NCBI GenBank assembly: GCA_000002445.1 | Contig: CH464491.1 | Coordinates: 4,384,001 to 4,448,000 of the forward strand | From: Trypanosoma brucei | Lineage: Eukaryota | Direction of reading: 5' to 3' | Length of the DNA stretch: 64,000 nucleotides | Shown here: in pieces, positions 45,540 through 57,500 of the stretch | How positions within the stretch are numbered: position 1 is the stretch's first letter | Layout of the letters: every line of letters begins with the position of its first letter | Program-made: the position numbers and the translations under genes | Notes under the pieces: generated by a model | Told to the model about the DNA's origin: nothing | What the model saw: only the letters and a program-made list of their open reading frames with translations | The model's database searches: none

Positions 45540-48185
45540 TCACTTCCCTACCTGGCGATGGTCGAGTAGCACCCAAAGCTGCTTCACCCACCGCACGGTC
45601 GCCTCCTGCGCGGCATCCCCACTCAATGCCTCTATGGCCATAAGAAAACACCGTTCCACAGCATCCATCACCTGCCCTAACCTTTCAGCCGCATGCGAAT
45701 TGTCAGCGACACGCTTCGCGAGGTCACCCTCCGGTACGTTGCCAACACATAACTGGTCCAGCACGGCGGCCTCAATAGTTTCGATGAAACATTCAGGAGT
45801 AACACCCATGACGGCAGATGGTCCCCCTACAGCAGCGGAGGGTCGAAAAACGCGCTGAAGTAACAGCAAACGGGAAACCACTAACGGAAGTGTAGCGAGG
45901 GCTGCACGTGACACTCCCTCAGGTGTCTCAAGCGCTTCCTCTGACGCGTTGTACCACATTGCCAACTGGTGAAGCTGTCCCTTAAGCACCATTGTACTTC
46001 TTCCCATAGCCCCTTGAGTGCTCGGCCCAAATGATATAGCCACACGAGGAACCTGGTGGAGGCAAACAGTCAAGTGCTCCCGCACCTCTTTGGTGAAGGG
46101 GTACACCAGTGTCACAGCAACCATCAGCCTTACAATAAGGCTGTCTGTGATCCGCCGCACGCTGTCAACTAGTGTGGGGGTCTGCGGATCGAACAAATAA
46201 TAGTAATGAGACATGAAATGCACTGTTTGACTCTGCAGTTGACTTATGCCCGCAGCCTCTTGACCGCACGCTCCGTCCACACACATAGACACAGAATCAA
46301 GCAGCAGCACCGAAACGGATCTGAAAAATGGGCGCACAACCTTTTCGCTAATTTTCTTTAGATTTATTGTGACTTCAAGAAGTTTTCTTTGTCTCTCTGC
46401 GACCAGCTTCCGCGTACTCACAGCAGATTCGTCACAGCACGCTCCCCCCGCCCCGTCGCATCCTCCGCCAGATGATTGCCACATATCGTCTCGACCCCCA
46501 ACGAATTCTCCCCTGTCTTCATCCTCCTCCCCCTCAGGCAACGAGGCAAGCATAACAGCAAAATCCATGCTGAGTTGTGTACAGGCGTTACTTATACATA
46601 TATGGAGCATTTGCAGCGTGTTAACGTCAGAGGACACCGAAGGAAGTGGGGGTAGAGGCCACCTCATACTTGTTTCCGTAACACGTTGCATGAATCCTGC
46701 GAGGCACTGCAACGTGCAAGCTAGTACCGTCGAAAGGGTTTGGGGGTCACGTTGATACTCCATCACATCTCGCATCGCCAGCGTGGCATAACTACGTACG
46801 TCTAACACGTGCGCGATGGCAGGAACCTGGGGACGCTGGAGGTCTACCGAGAGGTTGGGGAGTGGTTTGTTACCTCCGCTTGGAATTATGGAATTCAACC
46901 TTGAAATGACGCCGTGCAACCGCTCGCGGTGCCGATCCATAATTTGAGCACCAAAGCGCTCGTTTACCTCGCGCGTCACATGTGAAAGCCACATGCACCT
47001 CAGTTGCTCAACACCGCTAGGGAGACAAGCTCCGGCGCCTCCACCACCGCTGGTATTCGGGCGACCATTACTTGATGCATCCAACCCCATAAGTTGATCC
47101 AGCAATTCCAATAACTCTACCACATCGTCCAAAAAGGTGACGAGCAGTGAACGGTAGCGCAATATGTCGCCCGCCATTGCGTAGAAAAAATTGGGGCGCT
47201 TTTGTATGGCCTGCAGCCGCTCCCGTAACTTATCCGTGACAAAGTGCCAGTAGTCCCCAAGCACAGACGTGGGGTTATCCACAGCACTGAGGTACGGAAT
47301 TTGCGTGACGGGATCTGCTTTTTTCACAAGGACGCGCCACAACGCAATAACACTGCCCGTGTGCGTTGCCGTGGCCCTGAGGGCAGCCTGCAAATGAGAT
47401 GCAAGAACTTCGCAAGTTCGTGAGCCAACGTAATCAAAATCGCTGGTGGTGGCGGTACACTCATCATTAATTTCATTAGCTATTACCTGGATATCCAGTT
47501 CTCGCATAAGTGTCTTCATAACCTCTCGTTTCTGCTCGGTCATAAAGCCACTTATCACACGCGAAGCACTTCCCAAGGCAACGAAGCATTGTAAGGCGGT
47601 AGTGACATTGGATGCATCCCGGGAGTCCGCACGCCGCAGCATATCTTGTGCTCTGGACCGAATGACTGTCGCTGACCTCTCAACAACATCCATGCGAGAA
47701 CGCACCACGTCGATAGCCGCGATGTTTGCAGCCTGAAGAAGCTCCTCGACCTCCCGCATCGTTCGGGCAGCACGAGCAATGTCATCGGGAAGCAAACCCT
47801 TCAGTCGCGTTGTAAGGTTGATAAACCTAATGACACTCCGCAACGTATTTAGGGTGACGTTCGTGTTCCGCAGCTTCGTAATGCTCCCTTTGATGAGATG
47901 GTAAGGTTCGTAAATGGTGTGCCTGAGCCTGCTGGCGGAGTGCATAAGCGTAGCAGCAGCCTGGCGGACGGCGGCAGCGTCTCTTTGTGCGCAACTCGCA
48001 GCGGTCACCTGCCGAAGCATATCCTCCACATTCTCCGTAAGGATGTTATGCATCTCCTCCCGCACCGCTGCTGAACAGGAGGTGAGGCGCGATTGCTCCG
48101 TCTTACAACTTGAAGCATGGATAGCGTAGCGTAAGTAACCCTCCTCGTCAAAGTCCGGGCTCATAAGAATGCTGTCTGTAAACAT
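45540..48185 (-). CDS. COG5: Conserved oligomeric Golgi complex subunit 5 (COG5)-like protein, 881 aa
   Basis: N-terminal blocks parallel remembered COG5: DFDEEGYLRYAI, TLRSVIRFINLTTRLKGLL (cf. LLRRIIRILNLSKRLQGQL), TTALQCFVALGSASRVI (cf. GTALQVFYNLGTLKDTI). Size is appropriate. Confidence 0.75.
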   Translation of the reverse strand: MFTDSILMSPDFDEEGYLRYAIHASSCKTEQSRLTSCSAAVREEMHNILTENVEDMLRQVTAASCAQRDAAAVRQAAATLMHSASRLRHTIYEPYHLIKGSITKLRNTNVTLNTLRSVIRFINLTTRLKGLLPDDIARAARTMREVEELLQAANIAAIDVVRSRMDVVERSATVIRSRAQDMLRRADSRDASNVTTALQCFVALGSASRVISGFMTEQKREVMKTLMRELDIQVIANEINDECTATTSDFDYVGSRTCEVLASHLQAALRATATHTGSVIALWRVLVKKADPVTQIPYLSAVDNPTSVLGDYWHFVTDKLRERLQAIQKRPNFFYAMAGDILRYRSLLVTFLDDVVELLELLDQLMGLDASSNGRPNTSGGGGAGACLPSGVEQLRCMWLSHVTREVNERFGAQIMDRHRERLHGVISRLNSIIPSGGNKPLPNLSVDLQRPQVPAIAHVLDVRSYATLAMRDVMEYQRDPQTLSTVLACTLQCLAGFMQRVTETSMRWPLPPLPSVSSDVNTLQMLHICISNACTQLSMDFAVMLASLPEGEEDEDRGEFVGGRDDMWQSSGGGCDGAGGACCDESAVSTRKLVAERQRKLLEVTINLKKISEKVVRPFFRSVSVLLLDSVSMCVDGACGQEAAGISQLQSQTVHFMSHYYYLFDPQTPTLVDSVRRITDSLIVRLMVAVTLVYPFTKEVREHLTVCLHQVPRVAISFGPSTQGAMGRSTMVLKGQLHQLAMWYNASEEALETPEGVSRAALATLPLVVSRLLLLQRVFRPSAAVGGPSAVMGVTPECFIETIEAAVLDQLCVGNVPEGDLAKRVADNSHAAERLGQVMDAVERCFLMAIEALSGDAAQEATVRWVKQLWVLLDHRQVGK

Positions 48186-48257
48186 CGCTTGTACCCCACG
48201 AACTAACCCGTGAAAACAACAATGTTTCCAGTTTCATGCAAGGGCGGCGTGCCGCAG

Positions 48258-48330
48258 CCAAACAAAAGGACGGAAATGAAAGACAAGAGTAAAGACGAAT
48301 AGCAATGGTAAAGACGGCACCGACAGGTAT
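48258..48330 (-). promoter_or_regulatory. Candidate polypyrimidine tract for trans-splicing of COG5 mRNA
   Basis: The + strand purine-rich ccaaacaaaaggacggaaatgaaagacaagagtaaagacgaatagcaatggtaaagacgg is 75-145 nt upstream of the ATG at 48185. Confidence 0.4.
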
Positions 48331-48692
48331 TAGACTGCAACCGCATCGGTGGGGAATAGTGGAACCACATTTAAAAAGCTGTATTCTTCCGTAGGAAAAG
48401 CACAAACAAACACTTTAACCGAGGGAAACATAAGTCAATTTTATGTTCGTAATCTTTTTTTTCTCACTCTTCACCCCTCCTCACAACCCCATTCCTCACT
48501 TCCTCACAGACGCACCCACGAATGCTTTCGACTCCAGTCGCAAGTAAACACTCACACGCGGGGCACTAATCTTGGAAGTAGACAAAAGCGTTTTGCCGCA
48601 ATCCGAAAGACGGAAAAAAGAGACGTAACATGTCGTGCAGCAACTCACTACAGCCAGAACGGTTTCACACTGCAATACTAATCTGTAGTCCG

Positions 48693-50141
48693 CTACTTAC
48701 CACCATCTTGCGACAACCGCTCATAAACCTTACGCACTTGCTCCTGCAGGGCATCGTTGCTACACTCACCGTCAGCGCCAAGGGCTGTAACGGCGTCTAA
48801 CAGGAACCCCCTGCAATCGTCTCGAAGGGCGCCAGGGGTGCGCACCACAGATTTCAGCAACGGAAGCACGATCGCCACTTCTTCATCGGATCTGCAGCGA
48901 CCCGCGTGAGCCAGGCCATATAAAATTCGGCTAGTGACTTGCATGCTGTGGGCATTATGAACATAGCGCCTCATTGGGGCTCCGCTGCATAGTGCATCCA
49001 CTGCGGGGTCTACACCGGGTGAGACACATCGCAACCGCACGCAAGCAAGTAGAGTGAGAGCCAGATTGAGACCTTCTAGCACATTAACGGATGCATTAAC
49101 TAGTGTCACTACAACTTCTTCGCAGCCCGATAAATAGAAATGAGCCAGTGACTGCACGACAATGGACGCAGCAAGGCCGTGCTCCTTGGTGACATTGCTT
49201 GTTGGAAAACTTGCGGCCAATGATGAGGATAGCACGCGCAATAGCCTCAAATGACGGTAGGAACTCAAATGGAAGGCTTTCAGAACGAAAGCCACATCGA
49301 GTGGGGTGAGCTGTGGGAGCAACTCCATGGAACGACGAGCCACACTATTGAGTAACCGGCGAGGACCCTTGCAGGTGGCTGAAACCACACGGCATACATC
49401 CAAGATAGTTGTCTTAACTTCGTTTGCGTCCGCATTCATATCGATATCATCGCACAACCGATGCTCCACCGCACCCAAAATACGCTGTGCCTCCTCCGGG
49501 AATGTTTCCGACAATATGAAGGCGCATTGACGAGCGTCCCTCAGCGGCACATCGGCAGCAGTAGCCACTACAGTTTCTGTGACGACTTTGACCAGCTGTG
49601 CGTCAGCCATCTGAATGCTACACAAAAGGCGAAGGATGTGAACCGCTTCACGAGCTATCAACTCTGGCGCAACCTCCCGCAACCGTGGGAGCAGAATGCC
49701 GACGATTTCCTTTGTCTGCGGGTGTTTCAACTTCGCCAGTGTGTAAAAGAACGATGCCATGGAGAACGCGTCAAGCATAAACGCATTCTTCGTGTGCTGG
49801 TTTATCAGCGCGTATGTAACAGGAAGGTCAACCGCGCCAAAATATGCAGCAAGGCGAAGCGCCCTCTGCGTGTGTGTAAAGTAAGGATCTTCATCTATAG
49901 AAAGAAGCGGAAGCGTGCGAAGGATCTGTGTGGCCTTACTACGCAACGCGGGATCAAACGTACATTGATGCCTCTGCTGCAGTGCAGTTAACTCAGTAAG
50001 TCTTTCCATCGCTAGCAACCCTGTGGGTGACAAGCGCCGTGCCTGCTGAGCCATCACAGTGTTACTATAACCCTGTTTGTGCACCTTCGAGCGCATTTTA
50101 AATGCGATGCCCCTCGCAACTTTCTCAAAAGGGTTACTCAT
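48693..50141 (-). CDS. Hypothetical helical-repeat protein (~482 aa from MSNPFEKVARGIAF...)
   Basis: ORF 48693..50480. The purine-rich + strand stretch 50200-50340 (a polypyrimidine tract on the coding strand) lies inside the first 113 codons, so the ATG at 50141 is the likelier start. Leu/Ala-rich repeated helices. Confidence 0.65.
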   Translation of the reverse strand: MSNPFEKVARGIAFKMRSKVHKQGYSNTVMAQQARRLSPTGLLAMERLTELTALQQRHQCTFDPALRSKATQILRTLPLLSIDEDPYFTHTQRALRLAAYFGAVDLPVTYALINQHTKNAFMLDAFSMASFFYTLAKLKHPQTKEIVGILLPRLREVAPELIAREAVHILRLLCSIQMADAQLVKVVTETVVATAADVPLRDARQCAFILSETFPEEAQRILGAVEHRLCDDIDMNADANEVKTTILDVCRVVSATCKGPRRLLNSVARRSMELLPQLTPLDVAFVLKAFHLSSYRHLRLLRVLSSSLAASFPTSNVTKEHGLAASIVVQSLAHFYLSGCEEVVVTLVNASVNVLEGLNLALTLLACVRLRCVSPGVDPAVDALCSGAPMRRYVHNAHSMQVTSRILYGLAHAGRCRSDEEVAIVLPLLKSVVRTPGALRDDCRGFLLDAVTALGADGECSNDALQEQVRKVYERLSQDGGK

Positions 50142-50792
50142 CACGCCGCAGAAAATATGCACTCGTAGCTTAACCCGTCGGTGCAGCACAGGCGCTAGTG
50201 CCGTGACAAGGGTTGTAAGTAGGAAAGAGGGAAGAATGGATTGCGGTTGGTGTCTGGAACAGAAGCAGCAGAGAGTACAAAAGATATAAAAAGATCGAGA
50301 TTGCAAAAAAACAGATGACACGGAACAAACATTCATACCTACGTGTAGACGGGCAGAGACCTTAAGGCTCCATCCAACGCCTCGAGTATCAGAAAGAGTG
50401 CGCACCCCCCCCCCGTACGACACGCCCAATAACAATGCATTACCCTGTCTGGCACGGGTGCTCAGTAACATCTCTCCCACTCAGCAGACACTGAAAGCAA
50501 CTTCCCTCACCTATCATCCTTTCACATTCGTGGAACCCGCTCTACAACCTCATTGCCCCATATAGAAATTCCCCCTCCTTCTCACCTCACCAATTCCGTG
50601 CTTGATCAATACCTTGGAGACTATTCATGCCTGGAATAAAAGAAGAGAGATCGGAATGAACCAATTTCCGTAGCAGGTCATCAAAGGACTCCTCACAAAC
50701 GACTAAACAGAAATTGAAGACTGACTTCAACTGCTGGTGGCCGCTCCTCCCTGGGACATGTAAGCACACACACACACACGTATATGGAACCC

Positions 50793-51305
50793 TCACGGCA
50801 TTATTTTAAAACCGACATTTCTGGGGTATACGCGAGGTTTCTGTCCGGGGTCGTCAACTCCCTCCGGTGTACGCTGACCAATATCCGCAGGAGGGGAAAC
50901 TTCCAACTTGGACATGAAACTCTCCGTATACCCGAACGATGTGATGGCTGGCTGGTTGATTAAATCACCACCGTCATCGGTGCGAGGACGCTCAATAATG
51001 GCGTGGTTCATGCCATAAGTTATACAAGCCTCCATTATGTCCTCGCACTCATCCTCTGTGGCGCCAGCAAGACGGATCATGCGCTGATCTGTGGGCGTAT
51101 AGTTGATGTACATGTGAGGCTCGCCAAAAGACAGTTCTTGGATAGTAAAACTGCAGAAAGGATTCAAAAGCTGTAACTCCGGTAGATTGTTACGCCACCA
51201 GTTGCGTACTCCGAAACAGTTGGGATCCTTGGGGTTCAGCCACACGGTTAGGGAGGCAACACAGGGCGTAAAACGCGCTCGCCATGACATTTCCTTGGGG
51301 TGCAC
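50793..51305 (-). CDS. Conserved hypothetical small protein, 170 aa (possible start at MSWRARF, 5 codons in)
   Basis: Compact ORF with complex, non-repetitive sequence immediately downstream of the LRR gene on the transcript axis. No family recognised. Confidence 0.5.
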   Translation of the reverse strand: MHPKEMSWRARFTPCVASLTVWLNPKDPNCFGVRNWWRNNLPELQLLNPFCSFTIQELSFGEPHMYINYTPTDQRMIRLAGATEDECEDIMEACITYGMNHAIIERPRTDDGGDLINQPAITSFGYTESFMSKLEVSPPADIGQRTPEGVDDPGQKPRVYPRNVGFKIMP

Positions 51306-51791
51306 CTAATAATACAGCGAGCGGTTCAATTGCTTAGCCCACCACTCCCGTTTCAACACAAACGTTCAGTTAAATATTCAATTGCTACTAACGGTTTTCT
51401 CAGCGTTATTTCCCCCCCCCCTCTTATTGACGTCACAGTGGCAGTGAAAGTAAAAAAGCAACGGGAACGAGGTGACCCACCGGTGTGATTGCTTCGCTCA
51501 AATGCCTGTACCTAAGGATGAAGAAAAATGGGGGGAAGGTTGCATGAAGGGGGTAACGACAAAAAAAAAACAAAAGACACAGCAAAAAAAAAAGATAGAA
51601 ACAGAGAGAATTCCTCAAGAAAATACAATGCCACATTGTAGTGGCGCGCTCCGACAGCGTGAGTACACGCCGAAACCTGGGCAGAGATCCGGCGTCCCCG
51701 CCCCACATTGCAATGACACATGTACATAGCCATTTACGTATGTATTACGCGTGCTTTGAAAACGTGCTGTGAACAAATACATGAGAGCTAA

Positions 51792-53678
51792 TCATTTCTT
51801 ACCGCGCGGCGACCGTTTTTTCACGTCCTCCACTGGCGCGGCGTCATCAACAGGAAGTTGCCTAAGCCGCTCCAACCGATACTGCAACAACTTGCTCAGG
51901 TCGTTCTGTACGTCCAGAAGCCTGTTATCCCCAGCATGATGCACAACGAAGCTGCTCAATGAGATGGAGACACAATAAGGTTCCGGTGGCTTCACAGCGC
52001 AGTGCCGTAGCATCGCCATGTCTGCATCATCGATCGGCTCATGCAGCGACAACACACGCAGAGCTTCAACAGCACCTTCGTATGTCAGGCGTTTGTTGTT
52101 TCCAAGGTTGAGGCAGCGCAGAACCGTGTTGCCAGGAGCCCGAACACGCGGGGGATCGTCCAAACGAAAGCAGTCGCGGTCAAATGGGGCCGTCGGTCGA
52201 GCGGGGGCCGGCTCCGCCTTCCTCGCCTTGGCCTGCAGTCCCTTCTTTGACTCCCGCCTGTCCTCTACAGGGGTGGGGTACCTGCACAAGTGCCAAGTGT
52301 TGTATAACTCTTGGTAACTTGGGTATGGCGGCGGCAAGGATGATATCATGCTCTTCTCCTTCGCAGTGGCGTTGTAACGTGACAGGTGCCGCTTTCGGTA
52401 CGCTGGCAGTTCCTCAGCGGGCATTTCTTGTATTCTGAAACAGTCAACCAAGGCAGCAAGGCCCCTGTCTCCAATGTCATTGTGCCCAAGGTCAAGCACC
52501 TGCAGCGTGCGATTCTTCTTCAAAAGCCGCGCAAGCGCTACAGCGCCATCATCGGAAATGTTATTTCCCCACAGATTGAGGCTTATCAGCTCACTACGGG
52601 GATGAGCCGAGAGCAATGAAGCTGTTAGGATGGCATCTCTATCACTAATACCGTTCCCTCGGAGACTCAAATGCTTCACGCCAGTGAGAAGCGCAGCCGG
52701 CCACCCGGGAGGGACCGGGATGCGGTTTTCTCTATCGAATTGTGCAAGCGTTTCGCGCTGCTGTTGAAGCTGCGCCTGCTTCTTGGAGTCTGTCTTTCCC
52801 TTTCGCTCCCTCTCCTCACGTATTTGAAGATCAAGCAACGAAGGTACATTGTTAAGCCCACGATACGCAGATGGCGAAAAAGTTGGGAGAGCCTCCGATG
52901 CTGCACCTCCAGATGACTGTCCGTCCGCACGAATGCTGGTCACTACAGACTCTGTGTGCAAAGAGGTTAGATCCCTGGAAGGGGCCCGCTTACGATCATC
53001 AAACCGTACGCTGGGAACATTCTTTTCTGTTGGAAACAATTCTCTTACCTTCGGTACTTCCACAGGCGCAATAGCAATCGTCGGGTCCTCGTAAAATCCT
53101 GGTTTAGGGGCACAGTTGAAGTCGACAGTCATAGAAACTAAGCGGCGACTCTTATACGATGCCTCCACAAGCAGGAAATAGCTCTCGCGCGATAAGCCGC
53201 ACCCCACGAACTCAACGGACACCAGCGAAGTGCAATACGGTATGGCAAGAGCAAGGGGCTTCATATCTCGTTCGTTGAGACAAAACTTGAGGTGACGCAT
53301 TAGAATGTAAAAAACAGTTGGTGGAGGCGGCGGCTGAGGATTTGAGGGAGAAGTATCGTTGTGTTCGCTTTTCTTTCTGGAGGGGGTCGCGCCCTCACGC
53401 TTCGCTCCGGTACCGTGACGCTTGGAAGTGGGGTTTTCTTTGGCCTTCTCAACCTCCGGTAAGGGCTCTTGTTGCAGTGTTTGCATTCGATTGGGTTCCT
53501 CCCATTGAAGGAGAATCGCCTCGTCCTCTGGTGACAGAGAGTGCTTTGTCTCCCTCTCCGCTTTCTGTTGCGTGTTCGTTATCAATGAGCGATAAACCTC
53601 CTCCCTCTCCGTGGTTCGTAGCGTGTGGCAGAAGGCGCTATAATCCACGCGTAAGTCCCCCGAAGGTTCAAAGAGCAT
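51792..53678 (-). CDS. Leucine-rich repeat (RNI/ribonuclease-inhibitor type) protein, 628 aa
   Basis: Repeating LxxLxLxxNxIxDxGAxALA units (LSLRGNGISDRDAILTASLL; LNLWGNNISDDGAVALARLL; LDLGHNDIGDRGLAALVDCF; LNLGNNKRLTYEGAVEALRVL). Basic/Pro-rich N-terminus. Confidence 0.8.
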   Translation of the reverse strand: MLFEPSGDLRVDYSAFCHTLRTTEREEVYRSLITNTQQKAERETKHSLSPEDEAILLQWEEPNRMQTLQQEPLPEVEKAKENPTSKRHGTGAKREGATPSRKKSEHNDTSPSNPQPPPPPTVFYILMRHLKFCLNERDMKPLALAIPYCTSLVSVEFVGCGLSRESYFLLVEASYKSRRLVSMTVDFNCAPKPGFYEDPTIAIAPVEVPKVRELFPTEKNVPSVRFDDRKRAPSRDLTSLHTESVVTSIRADGQSSGGAASEALPTFSPSAYRGLNNVPSLLDLQIREERERKGKTDSKKQAQLQQQRETLAQFDRENRIPVPPGWPAALLTGVKHLSLRGNGISDRDAILTASLLSAHPRSELISLNLWGNNISDDGAVALARLLKKNRTLQVLDLGHNDIGDRGLAALVDCFRIQEMPAEELPAYRKRHLSRYNATAKEKSMISSLPPPYPSYQELYNTWHLCRYPTPVEDRRESKKGLQAKARKAEPAPARPTAPFDRDCFRLDDPPRVRAPGNTVLRCLNLGNNKRLTYEGAVEALRVLSLHEPIDDADMAMLRHCAVKPPEPYCVSISLSSFVVHHAGDNRLLDVQNDLSKLLQYRLERLRQLPVDDAAPVEDVKKRSPRGKK

Positions 53679-54540
53679 TCCGCCTCTCTATTCCTATTCG
53701 TATAAGTGTGTTCTAGGTTCCTCTCTCTGTTCCACTCTTTGAACAGCTATATACACCGCCCAGCGGTAGTGATACACAAGCCACTGGTCACAGTGTAATT
53801 AAATTATAGGAGTCAAATTTTTAAAACAAAATAAAAAAGAAAGATTATTAACTCAAGAGCAAAATATTCGAGTACACGATAACCGCCACACCGAGAAAAG
53901 TAACCAAAGACAAACCCGTGCTAACAGCGCCCAATGCTTCAAAAAGAAGGAGAAGTTCAGCATTAGATTGTAAAGGGAAAGTCTTTTTTCCTTCCTGGCT
54001 CCTTTGCGTTTTCTTTTTCCGCTCAAGTAATGACCCCTATAGAGTATACATAATGTCTGCCACATCCACTCTCCTGCTCTTCGCCATCCATTCAACCAAA
54101 TACAAAATGAAAACGCACCAATAGTGCAAGGGAGGGAGAAAAGTAATGACAAAAAAAGGCGGTAGTTACGTGGAGAGAGCAAAACACATATAAAATTAAA
54201 AGTACCAACAATAGGAAATCATATATATATAGATATAGATATATACTATCCATACATAAGTTGTGAATGTTGCGTTATGTGCATACTTCCCACGCAACGC
54301 AAATGGAACCGCCTGTACATGACGTATGATCACCACGTATACACATATATATGTTCATACAAATATCCTACACACCCCTCCATATCACCATATTTCTCCT
54401 GTCGACATTACACGGCGTATACAAACTGCCCCCGTGTCATACTTATAAAGGGGGAGAAAGAAGGGGAAAGAAAAATTGTCGTTGAGTCCACAACACAGAG
54501 ACAGACTAAAACAGAGCTCTAAGGGGGAAGGGTCCCACCG

Positions 54541-57500
54541 TCATAGCGCTCCACGGGGTGGGCGTTGTTCCGAGCGGAGTGCCTGTACAAGTTTCCACGA
54601 GGCCAACCCACGCATGTGCTGCTGCATAACCACAACATATTGGTCCGCGATACTGGCACTATCACCTACAGAGCCTACCTTCTGTGTAGTAACTTGGTAA
54701 TAGTAGTGCCCGAGGCTAGCCCACAGATCCGCACCCTCGGGGGAGTCGCTCACAATGGCTGCCACGGCGGCCGCAATCTCCTCATCGTGTGCTTGAATGG
54801 AACCCCAGTAACGCTCCTTGGCGACGAGCCTCTCCTTCACCGACCGTCTAGCCTTGTACGAACGGAACGCACGCTGAACCTTCATTGCAGCTTCATCTAG
54901 CAGACACTCCGCATCACTATCCGTCACACGCTTCTCCTCCACGAGTGCCTTCCTCCTCTCAACCTCACGCCTGGCTAAATACATCCGCATGAAAGGCAGT
55001 ATCTTTTCGCATGCAGCACTGAGTCTGCGCCTCTCCTCCACGAGTGCCTTCCTCCTCTCAACCTCACGCCTGGCTAAATACATCCGCATGAAAGGCAGTA
55101 TCTTTTCGCATGCAGCACTATGTCTGCGTCTCTCCTCCACAAGCGATCTCCGCCTCTCAACCTCACACCTGGCTAAGTGCATCTGCATCGACGGCAATAT
55201 CTTTTCACACGCAGCACTATGTCTGCGTCTCTCCTCCACAAGCGATCTCCGCCTCTCAACCTCACACCTGGCTAAGTGCATCTGCATCAACGGCAATATC
55301 TTTTCACATGCAGCACTATGTCTGCGTCTCTCCTCCACGAGTGCCTTCCGCCTCTCAACTTCACGCCTGGCCAAATGCATCTGCATGAAGGGCAGTATCT
55401 TTTCGCATGCAGCACTGAGTCTGCGTCTCTCTTCCACAAGCGATCTCCGCCTCTGCAACTCCCTCCTAGCCACTGCACACAGGAGGAATGATTCAATAGT
55501 CGAGGATGGCTTTTCCAACACAGAGCACATACCCTCTTGCTGGGCCATGCGAGCTTCAATTGCATCCTTACGAGCCCTACGCTCCTGTTTGGCACGGAAG
55601 ATAAGGGCCAAGCCATTTAGCACTTCCAGTGCTTCTAGTGGTTCTTCGTTCCTTCGGTTGATAGTAGCCGCTGCACGACGGGAGGCTACCTCCTTCTTCG
55701 ACTGTATGATGCGCATGAAACCTTTGAGAACTTCAAGGGCATCACCTACATTCGAAACGCATTCTGGTTGAGGGCGCTCTGCAAACTGCCTCGGTGTTCT
55801 AGGTGGCATGCGGCAACTAACATGCATCATGCTAACCTTCGCACGCAAGAAAGACAAAACGACGTTTACGCGGCGCAGCCGCCGAAACTGGTCCGTGCCG
55901 TCCATAACCAGGCGAGAACATTTCTGAAGCTCCTTGTACTCCAGATCGGGTGACTCCGACCGATCTACCCCGATCCTGCAGTTCACGTAGTCGGCGAAAA
56001 GTTCCCGCAACACACGGTAGTGTAGGCGAGCAAGATATCCTCGTGCTAAGCGAGTGATTGCCAACGCCGCTTGGTCCCTTAAGTTATTGGCCTCTTCATC
56101 TTGTGACCGGTGTTGAGATTGCAAATTTGATGAGGACTCCGCTGATTTCGAGTACGTTCGCCTCGGGGCCACTGGTCGTTGCCGCATGAGTGGTGGACGA
56201 GGCAACAGCGTTAGCACCTCTTCCGCGGTTTCAGCCTCTGCAATCTTCCGCAAACGATATTCGTTTGCCTCCAAGCGACTGTTGCAGCAGTCATTGTAGA
56301 ACTTTATTTCATCCTTCCGCACTTGTCGCCACTTTTCTCTTTCTTCGGCTAGTGCGGCACCCAGGGCAGACTTCTCTTGGTGTCCCACCACCTCACACTC
56401 CCCAACAACATCAAAAGAGCGATCAATTCCTTCATGCCCCAAAGGCTTAACGATTTCTTCAGCCGAATGCCCACCATTATCCGGCCTCGCAAATTCTCCT
56501 ACAGGTTCATTAATATCTAGGTTTAGCTCCGTGGCCGACGGCTCAACACCTTCCAAGTACAATGCTGGCCGCTCCCCGGGCTCTGAATACATAGCATGCT
56601 CTTTTATCAATGACAATCCGACACGCTCCTCCGGAATAATAGGCGTAGCAAGGTGCTGCAACTCAGGTACAACACCTACATCCCCTGGAGAACACGGCAT
56701 CGTCAATTCCAACTTAACGCCTTCTGCGCGCGGGGTGGGTTTTTCTGGCACTTGCTGGCACGAGATGGCAGGTTCCTCTTGGACAGCTCCGCTGGCACTT
56801 CCCAATCCCCCGACCCCTGGCAGCCGCTCGATTTGCTCGTCCCCAGCCAGTGGCAACAGTCGCCCTGCACCGTTAGCTAACGGTTTTGGTAGCCTTGAAT
56901 CCTCAGCGGGTGACGGTAGCAGCTGACAAACGCTCCTGTGAGAGGTCAGAGACCCTTTTACCTTTGGCATCACGTCAAGTGGTGTTGGAGATAACGCGGA
57001 GTGATGCCTGTCATTTGTACACCCGTCGGGTAGTGACCGACGCATAAATGGAACACCTTCCAATCCCCCTCTCACGCTGGAGGGCTCATGAACTCTATGG
57101 TGTCCAGAAACGACCGTTGACGAACGGTTAGCCTCTTCAAGATCGCGCTCCCTCCGCACAAACTCCTGGACCTCCACTGCCATTTGATAAAGTGATCGGC
57201 CCAGTGAAAGCCGGACGAAGTAAGCGCGGCCAATTCTTTGCATAGTGAACGCAAACGCACTAAGACGCGAGTCCAAGAGTTGTCTTCTGCGTTCCTTTTT
57301 CATACGCTTCAGGAGAGATTTCGACCGATAGAGACGGTACGCACGCTGAATCTTCGAAGCTGCCCGACTCTGCAGGCAATGACCACGAATGCGCCTTGCT
57401 GCGTTCTCACGAGCAACATCGAGCAGAGGCCCTGCATTTCTCGCCACAATAATCCGCCTGCCAAAGGCCTGAAGCTTCTTGGCAGCATCGCACCGCCGCT

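Noticed and set aside
54989-55771. 260-aa + strand ORF with internal repeats (MKGSIFSHAALSLRLSSTS...)
   Set aside because: It is the antisense reading of the 99-bp coding tandem array. The repeat periodicity creates a stop-free frame by chance. The minus-strand frame carries IQ motifs and continues for 2059 aa.
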